From Paramoeba atlantica (taxonomy: Eukaryota > Protista > Discosea), in the NCBI GenBank assembly GCA_977017575.1, contig CDRNVI010000242.1, positions 1 through 17,095 on the forward strand: DNA of 17,095 bases, given 5' to 3'. The notes beneath the pieces were generated by a model. It was given only the letters and a program-made list of their open reading frames with translations, had not been told where the DNA came from and ran no database searches. Positions 1 to 6,894 of this stretch are shown piece by piece. Within the stretch, counting starts at the first letter, position 1, and each line of letters begins with the position of its first letter. The translations under genes were made by a program, and so were the position numbers.

Positions 1-210
1 AATTTTAGAATAGTGGTGTGGGGTTGCCAGGTTTAGAAGCTCGAGTCATCGCTTTTTCATCCTACGAACCCTGGAAAAGAATTCCAAAATAATTCAGGAA
101 AATACAAATCCTTTGTAGACGACTTAAATACGAACGGGGAATTGTAAGAGGTTGAGTAACCTTGTTGTTACGATCCTCTGAGATTAAGCCCTTTTAGTTC
201 GAGCGATTTG
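1..210 (+). rRNA. 3' end of large-subunit (26S/28S) rRNA gene, truncated by the window start; the 3' boundary is approximate
   Basis: Positions ~106-210 (AAATCCTTTGTAGACGACTTAAA...CGGGGAATTGTAAGAGG...CCTTGTTGTTACGATCCTCTGAGATTAAGCCC...GATTTG) match the conserved eukaryotic LSU 3' terminal domain. The AGAGG/CCTCT helix shows compensatory pairing relative to the yeast-type AGCAG/CTGCT. A T-rich tract follows. Confidence 0.9.
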
Positions 211-474
211 GTTTTTTATTTTAAAAATAATAACTATTTTTTATTATTTTTTCTTTTTTTACTTATTTTTAACTTGAGGTAACAGATATATTTACTTCCC
301 TCTCCCTCCCTCCCTCCCTCATCATCCCTCTCTTCGTACCGTCTCATTTTTTTCGTTCAATAAATTTTACTTGAGGGTTGAATATAACCGACTATCTTTA
401 TTTGTTATTTTTCTATATTTGTATTCTCTCCCGTTTTTCTTTTTTGGTTATTTTTTCACCTTTTTTGATACGAT

Positions 475-545
475 GCGCTGCTAGTCTAGTGGCAGGATGT
501 CCGCCTTCCAAGCGGACGGGCCGGGTTCGATTCCCGGGTGGCGCA
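475..545 (+). tRNA. tRNA-Gly(TCC)
   Basis: Acceptor GCGCTGC/GTGGCGC plus discriminator A; anticodon arm TCCGC-CTTCCAA-GCGGA; T arm CCGGG-TTCGATT-CCCGG. A T9 run (546-554) follows, consistent with a Pol III terminator. Confidence 0.95.
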
Positions 546-882
546 TTTTTTTTTCAAAATCCCTTCAAGGTCACCTGGCTCACAGCCACCCCTTCTCCTT
601 TGCAAGAGCTCTTGATATCTGGTATCAGTTCCCTTTTGGTTTTTCTTGCTTCAAATGGAGATTCAAAAATTGTATCAAGATCATTTTTTTGGAAAAAGCT
701 TGGAAAAACTCATAAAAATTTGTAACACCCTTTTTAATCAGTGTCTCTTTTTTATTGATATTTTTTTTGGGAGAAAAACACAGCCATTCCAAATACCACC
801 CCAAAATCCAGGCCAGAACCTAATTCCCAGTGAGCGTTTTTTTTTTTCATTTTTTTTTCTTTTTTTGAAAATATGCAAATAT

Positions 883-954
883 GCTGCCATAGCTTAGTTG
901 GCAGAGTGCAGGATTGTGGCTCCTGAGACCTGGGTTCGATTCCCGGTGGTGGCA
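883..954 (+). tRNA. tRNA-His(GTG)
   Basis: Acceptor GCTGCCA/TGGTGGC plus A; anticodon arm CAGGA-TTGTGGC-TCCTG; T arm CTGGG-TTCGATT-CCCGG. No encoded G-1 (T at 882) and discriminator A, as in eukaryotic tRNA-His. T6 terminator at 955-960. Confidence 0.95.
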
Positions 955-959
955 TTTTT

Positions 960-1230
960 TCATTTCTTTTTTTTTTTTTTCCCTTTTTTTTTTTCCCTTT
1001 TTTTTTTTTTCCCCTTTTTTTCTTTTTCCTTTCCTTTTTCCTTTCCTTTTTCCTTTCCTTTTTCCTTTCCTTTTCCCTTTCCCTTTCCCTTTCCCTTTCC
1101 CTTTCCCTTTCCCTTTCCCTTTTCCCTTCCCTTTCCCTTTTCTTTCCTTTCTTTTTCTCTAATCTTTCTTTTCTTCTTTCTTTTTCCCCCTCTCTTATTT
1201 CTTTTTTTTTTCCTTCTTCTTTGTTGCAAT
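960..1230. repeat. Polypyrimidine tract with (TTTTTCCTTTCC)n grading into (TTTCCC)n
   Basis: Read directly from the sequence: about four 12-mers from ~1023, then about nine TTTCCC units at ~1073-1140; almost no purines. Confidence 0.9.
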
Positions 1231-1519
1231 TCTTTTTTTTCTTTCTATCAGTCTTTTGAGATTCTCAATTGATAAAGTTTTGTCCAATCACAACCAGTAT
1301 TTGTCAATTATTCAAGACAAGTTGTATTCTCTTGCTGTGCCTTGATCTTCTCTTTCAAATTGGATTTGATTTGTTTTTGTTTTTTATGTTTTCTTAATTT
1401 TTTAAAGTTGATAAAGTTTTTTTTGATTTTTTTGATTTATCTTTTCTTTCAGCTCTTCTTTCAATTGTGAACTGATCAAGTCCCAGTGGCCACTAAAAAA
1501 AAATCTTTTTTTTAAAACA

Positions 1520-1930
1520 AGTGGTTCCATAGCTGGCAGAGCACCACCCTAGTAAGGTGGAGAATCTGAAAGTCAAACTTGCTCCTCTTTATACTTGCAA
1601 TTTGGAAAAGGGACTTTGAAGTGCTCTGGTGGGAGAACACAAAAACTTTTGGTTGGGGAATCAAACAATATGAAGATGATGACACTGCTGTTGATAGGAA
1701 GGGGCCAACTTTTTTGTCAAACTTCCAAAGTTCCAAACTTTTCTGTTGTAGAGCATTGCATGGGTTGGTTGTGCTCAGGGATGGCATTTTGTAATGGTTT
1801 CCCCTTGCTAAGTCAGTATCTTGTTGCTGGATCTTGAAAAATTACAGCTCCATTCCTCTACTAAAGATTAGGGCTCAAAAGGTGGTTTACAGTCCTGTCA
1901 TCATCAGGCAAAACCACTTCAGGAATTGTT
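1520..1930 (-). pseudogene. Decayed ORF of unknown family
   Basis: One minus-strand frame reads IPEVVLPDDDRTVNHLLSPNL**RNGAVIFQDPATRY*LSKGKPL...EV*QKSWPLPINSSVIIFILFDSPTKSFCVLPPEHFKVPFPNCKYKEEQV*. All five stops are TAG or TGA, one C>T from CAG or CGA. No family recognised. Confidence 0.3.
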
Positions 1931-2075
1931 CAAGCAATTTGAGAATGTTGAAGAGCATTTTATTTCAAGAGCCTGTGTTAAAAGCACATAGGTTATCATA
2001 GAAACCAGTGATGATATGATGGCTTTTCTGAGTTTGATGACTTCACAAAAAAACAGAGTCTGAACATGGACATTG

Positions 2076-2148
2076 GCTTCCGTGGCTCAGTCGGTAGAGC
2101 GTCAGTCTCATAATCTGAAGGTCGTGAGTTCGATCCTCACCGGGAGCA
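2076..2148 (+). tRNA. Elongator tRNA-Met(CAT)
   Basis: Acceptor GCTTCCG/CGGGAGC plus A; D arm GCTC/GAGC; anticodon arm TCAGT-CTCATAA-TCTGA with the 31-39 U:U typical of eukaryotic elongator Met; T loop TTCGATC, not the initiator-type loop. T11 terminator at 2150-2160. Confidence 0.95.
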
Positions 2149-3165
2149 CTTTTTTTTTTTGTCTTTTGATTTTTTTTTTGAATCAGGGTGGAGTTTATTG
2201 ACTTGTTTTTGATTTTTAACATTGAGAAAAGTTATGAAATTCATCAGGTTCAGTGAAAAGTACAAGTCAATGAAAACACAGCAACACAATCTTCATCCAT
2301 TTTCTTTTTTCAATTTTTACAGGTTTGAAATCATGTAATGGTGGAACTCAGAGCAGAGAAGATATGATCTCACCCAGATACCCCATCTTCAACAAAAACA
2401 ATTGGCAGCCCAGGATGCAACACTCAAGGAACACATCAGACTACAATTGAAGGTTTAAAGACTCAAATTTCAAAAACTGATGAGCCAAAGCAGAATATCA
2501 CTCTGTTTGACAACAAGACAAGGGAGCTCTACAAACCGGTTTCTTGGCTGATTCATGATGATGTAACACCAGCAGGAATGATCAAAGAACTTGATGAATA
2601 ACAGGTGGAAATTTGTGTGAGGTTGCTTTCATGCATGAGGATATTCAAGAGCAGTTGAAAACCTGGCAAAAATCCCTGGGGAAAAAATGGTGCCCAAAAT
2701 CCCAACAGACATCTGGCAGTACATACAGAAGGATGGTGAACTGAAGGCTGGGAGCAGTTGCGACTGAGGAGCATCTTCAGGCAATGTCCAACATCCTACA
2801 TATCATGAGAGCCATCCCAGGTGCCAAGGAAGATAAGACTCAATCCGACCAATTGCTTAAAACATTGATTGCGCTCATAACAATGTATTCCTTGAGGATG
2901 TGTGTGTTGTAATTACAAAATGTTGCTCACCAGAAACTCAACCTTTCACCTTTGGATTTTAAATCTCCACCAACTGTTGTCAGGAGAGAGGAGATAGCAA
3001 GAGCTCAATTGAGGAAGAAGTCTACAGAGGAGTCAGAGAAGAGGATTGTGTGAAAGTGATGGGGCAGTCTGTTGCAACCACTTTGAAGCAAAGCCACCAT
3101 TCAAGAAAAGAAGAAGGTTTGCGCACCAAACTGCTACCACCTTTGTTGATTGTGGAAATTCCAAA

Positions 3166-4273
3166 GGGAGACAGTCCCCTTTTTTTAGGGGTCTAAAATA
3201 AATGACTTGTACTCTCTGAAGTGGAGAGTCGGAAAAGTCACCTTTTTGGTGATTGACTTGGGCAATCAAAAATAACTGGAGAGGGACAATAAGAATTAAC
3301 TAATTTTTTATGACAAGCCAGAGCAAAGTTGATCAAACAATTATGTTGGTCTTTATCTTCATAGAAGGGGCAAGAGAGAGCAGCAAAAGTCTGTTTACAC
3401 CAACCATACGGTGACTCAACTTTTCCTCTTACAAATGCAATTGCTTCATTTTTCTCTTGATCCTCAGCACTCAATGAATGGGGAACTCTCTTTCCACGGA
3501 TTATTCGAGGCCTTCCAGCGTTTGACTTGTTTGTGACCAACACCAACTTATCGAAAAATTTTGTTGCTGCTCGAAAGTGGTTGTCTGCAATGATGTGTGG
3601 TCCCAGAAAAGAGGTCATCAAGTCGATTCGCATAAAAAATAGTGATATCTCCATCATAATCTTTTGGTGAATGGATCCCACTAACCCATTCAGCCCCACC
3701 TTTTGCATTGTGAAGTGTCACCCACCACCAACCAGGAGCTTTAAGTTTGTGTGAGTACCATTTTGCCCTCCACTTCTTGCGAACTGTCTGTTGGGCCCTT
3801 TAATTTTAAAATCAGATGAATCCATCCATAAACAGTCAAATTGGCATGGTGGTGGTCGTTCAGTTCTTTGGGCCATTTCCACAAATGAAAGAAAGGGTGC
3901 TTGGGACCAAGATTGTTTATGCCCACTTTAGCAACTCGAAGCGAACAACTTGAACTGTTGTGTTGGATTGCTTTTTGGTCCATTGGGAGCCAATCGTGCA
4001 CCTTTTTTCGGAGTTTGCCCATCCCAACCGCAAATAGATCCTTGTACATTACAAGATGATACACAGACACAGCAAAACCAGAAGGTCTCTGTTCACTCCA
4101 AAGCTTTGGTTTTTGAGATTCCAAAAAATTTAGAATCTCCTTCAAAGTCTCTTCTCCCAGCTTCTCTTTCACAGCAAATATGATATCTTTCTTTCTCAAC
4201 CCTTCAACCCCCACCATTGGTGAAAGAGTACAACTCATTTTATTTAGCTCTCTAAATTAGGGGACTATCTCCC
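3166..4273 (-). mobile_element. Compact (1108 bp) PIF/Harbinger-ISL2EU/IS5-like DDE DNA transposon, decayed
   Basis: Imperfect TIRs at 3166-3215 and 4225-4273 (outer 14/15 and inner 24/30 identical), starting GGGAGA. AAA direct repeat on both sides (3163-3165, 4274-4276). Excision restores a reading frame. Internal transposase remnant present. Confidence 0.85.
3238..4238 (-). pseudogene. DDE transposase (DDE_Tnp_4-like), at least 4 frameshifts
   Basis: Joined frames give CLWMDSSDFKIKGP (D at 3820-3822), KWYSHKLKAPG...WVSGIHSPKDYDG, HIIADNHF (D at 3583-3585) and NEAIAFVRGKVESPYGWCKQTFAAL (E at 3415-3417). This matches the Harbinger/IS5-type DDE layout. Confidence 0.8.
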
Positions 4274-5500
4274 AAAGAAAATTGTCGATTATTTCATTAC
4301 AGTGAACAATGAGCATCTATTCTGTGGTCTCTCAAATAATCCTCAAAGAGTGTGTGGCTGTGTACAACAAAATTCCTCAATCTGGTTTTTTGACATCCTT
4401 GCACAGGACAATTTGGAGAGCAATAAAGGTGCAGGGTGTTTTGGAAACCCTGACCCCCCCCCCCAAACAGTCTGTGTCTGGTTGGTGTTTTACATTGTGT
4501 CAATCCCAAACTTGTTTCCTTTGAATTTTGGTATCAGAAAAGAGGCCTCATATATCCATGGAAAAGGAAAGGAGGAAGCTCCAAGCTTTGAAGAACTTCA
4601 GAGTGATTACCAACACTTTGAGTGGAGAGTTATTGGGTCAAATGTGAAGGAACTTGGAGATGATCTGAAGCTCCATATTACCTTGCTGGATTCAATTAGT
4701 TGGGAGATGGTGACTGAGGCACTGTGGACCCCCTCTTTATCCTAGATGGTTTTCGACAAGCACTTGGGGCAACTTGAAGAGGAGGAAGACGTTTTGGATG
4801 GCATGAGGGATTCGAAATTTGATACAAAGCGAAATTTTTGGATTTGGGGAAATGTGGTGGGAATTGGTCCCTTGTGATTTCCAACTTCCTTCTGGAATCC
4901 TGTTTTACCAATAATGTGACTTGTCCACAAAGCGCCAAGAATCCCCAATCAAGTTTACCAAGCCTGTGTGAGAAGGTTAAGGCTTTGAACTGATACAGGC
5001 TCTCAATACAATGTTCAATGTGGCTGAAGTGCTCAATAACTCTGAAGAAGACAAGGAGAAACACAACAAGCCTTTGAATTTGAGTGCGTTCTTTGTGCCA
5101 CTCTGTGGGGTCACAAATAAAATTTTTATTCTTATTTCTCTCAACAAAACAATTTGATTTTAAACAACAAAAAAAGAGGAGTGGGGGGGGCGGGAACATC
5201 ACCCACTCACTTGCTCTTTAAAATAATAAATTGATTTTTATTGAATCTAACAATTACTTTTTGAAAAGGCAACAATCCTTTTTTTTTTCCCCACCTCTCT
5301 CTCTCTTTTCTTTCTTGTCTCCACTTCAAATATGATTTTTTGGGGGGTCACCAAAATACATTCAAAAAGAGAAAAAATTAAAAACAGCAGTTTGAAAAGT
5401 TTGAAATGACAAAAAAAGAAAGAAAACCTCAGAACAATCTTTGGAAGGTTGAGACAAAAATCCAAAAAGACAAAAAAAAAGGAAAGGAAAGAAAGAAAAA

Positions 5501-5545
5501 CAAAAGAAACAAAAGAAACAAAAGAAACAAAAGAAACAAAAGAAA
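5501..5545. repeat. (CAAAAGAAA)5 tandem repeat
   Basis: Five perfect 9-bp units starting at 5501, 5510, 5519, 5528 and 5537. Confidence 0.95.
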
Positions 5546-5690
5546 CAAACCATGAAAAGTCAAAAAAAAAACCAAAGGAAAAAGAGGAGATCCCTTGAAT
5601 TCAACAACCCAAACACAAACTTTTACTGAACAAAGTCTCTCTCTCTTTCTCTCTCTCTCTTCTCTCTTCCTCCTTTTCACAAAACAAAAA

Positions 5691-5836
5691 AGAACAAGAA
5701 TTGCCATATTAAGACTGTTTTATTTGGAAGATACCTTCAGTGTGACATTGATGGATTTAAGTATAAATATTGGCACTGAATCAAGTTCATAAAATCTCCA
5801 AATAAAACAGCGTGAAACCATTCAGTATCTTTTTCT
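5691..5836 (+). repeat. DIRS left inverted terminal repeat
   Basis: 5705-5836 is the exact reverse complement of 9877-10008 (132 bp). 5691-5702 matches 10010-10021 after a GC/T difference. Confidence 0.97.
5762..5769 (+). promoter_or_regulatory. TATA-like box (TATAAATA) in the left ITR
   Basis: The motif lies ~120 nt upstream of the Gag ATG (5887) and is mirrored on the minus strand in the right ITR (9944-9951). Function is inferred. Confidence 0.5.
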
Positions 5837-5886
5837 TTCTCTTGTTTCTGAAAGTTGTAGAAGAGTTCGCTCACATTTTTCTCAGG

Positions 5887-6894
5887 ATGGCAGCAACTAA
5901 AAAGAAGGGAGGAAAATCATCTCAAGATCAGATGGAATCGATGAAACAGTTACAAAGTTCTCTGTTGGAAGTTACCCGTACAATCACCGAGTTGAAAAAC
6001 GCCCAAGAGTCAGAAACTCGCGCGAGAAAAGAGAGAGAAGCGAAAGAAGACGAACAGAGAGAAGAGAGGGAAAGAGAACCTCAAATAATACAAGTTATTG
6101 AAAAGAGAGACAACCCTGATTTCGAACGAAAATGGGGCAAGACGATTTCGACGCTTAACCCCGACACTTTTCTTGACGAGGTCGGTGGTGGCGAACGTGA
6201 CCTCCCACATGGCCCTTGGGAGGTAATGTATTCAGACTCAGAAAAGTCTACTATCGAAAAGAAATCGCTCTCGAGGGTCCAAGTCCCAGTATTGCGAGAG
6301 GCTACTTGGGACCTGGTGAAAGCTGACCCTTCACTGAAGGCTAATGCTGAGGCTGCGAAAGTGGCTATGCAGGCCGACAAAGGAATCTTCAACACCTGGC
6401 TCCATTGTATTGACGAGCTCAAACCTTTGTTTGAAGAAGATTCTGGCAGTGAAGTGGATATTTCGAAGCTCAGAACCCAGATGAATCGTCTCTCTACACT
6501 GTTATTGATGAATATGTCCAAACATCATACTGCTTTTGTAAACCAGGGGCGCAAAGCTATGAAGACTAATTTGATAACTCATCAGGAAAAGATTTACGCT
6601 GATGCTGAAGGGGAAAGACTGATTGAAGAATTTCATCATAACAAATCCTTGGCTGAAGCGATAGTTACAGGCGTTACGGCCTTTTCGAAAAGAGGTGCTC
6701 GGGGGAATGGCCGAAACCGGAAGCCTTATGGCAGACAAAGACACAACTCCCACGAAACTGGCTATACCCAGAGTCCCCCTTTTCAGCAGACGGTTACTTT
6801 CGATCACAACCAGAGTCGGGGGGGGGTCCCCGGCCGAGGCCAACGGGGGAGGGGCCGAGGCCAGAGGGGTTCCAGGATGCTCTCCCGCAACTAA
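5887..6894 (+). CDS. DIRS ORF1, Gag-like protein (335 aa)
   Basis: First ATG is at 5887; the tracked GTG start at 5812 lies within the ITR. N-terminal charged, coiled-coil-like stretch; C-terminal RG-rich tail (GRGQRGRGRGQRG); position typical of DIRS gag. Confidence 0.85.
   Translation: MAATKKKGGKSSQDQMESMKQLQSSLLEVTRTITELKNAQESETRARKEREAKEDEQREEREREPQIIQVIEKRDNPDFERKWGKTISTLNPDTFLDEVGGGERDLPHGPWEVMYSDSEKSTIEKKSLSRVQVPVLREATWDLVKADPSLKANAEAAKVAMQADKGIFNTWLHCIDELKPLFEEDSGSEVDISKLRTQMNRLSTLLLMNMSKHHTAFVNQGRKAMKTNLITHQEKIYADAEGERLIEEFHHNKSLAEAIVTGVTAFSKRGARGNGRNRKPYGRQRHNSHETGYTQSPPFQQTVTFDHNQSRGGVPGRGQRGRGRGQRGSRMLSRN

Larger units (their letters stand above)
2342..5090 (+). pseudogene. Long decayed ORF of unknown family, interrupted by the 3166-4273 transposon
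   Basis: Protein-like segments occur in shifting frames (e.g. IEGLKTQISKTDEPKQNITLFDNKTRELYKPVSWLIHDD; ATEEHLQAMSNILHIMRAIPGAKED). After removing 3166-4273 and one AAA, a single frame is open from 2963 across the junction (PPLLIVEIPK|KIVDYFITVNNEHLFCGL) to 4742. It then continues through TAG 4743 and TGA at 4875, 4917 and 4986. Confidence 0.55.

Noticed and set aside
1073-1140. (TTTCCC)n as an interstitial telomere
   Set aside because: It is not a telomere unit I recognise, and it grades continuously into surrounding T/C slippage repeats.
378-1272. Short ORFs of the track overlapping the tRNAs and the pyrimidine tract
   Set aside because: They overlap clear tRNA genes or are F/P/K-rich translations of simple repeats, with no protein motif.
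3186-4254. Shorter boundary for the DDE element with a TA target duplication
   Set aside because: The inverted match extends a further 15 bp outward (14/15), ends in GGG/CCC with an AAA direct repeat, and only the outer boundary restores the host frame.
2076-5700. tRNA-gene-targeted integration, as for Dictyostelium TRE elements or yeast Ty3
   Set aside because: The nearest identifiable elements are about 1 kb (DDE) and 3.5 kb (DIRS) from tRNA-Met, with no fixed close spacing.
5812-5886. N-terminal extension of Gag from GTG 5812
   Set aside because: It starts inside the left ITR and encodes low-complexity residues; ATG 5887 is the more plausible start.
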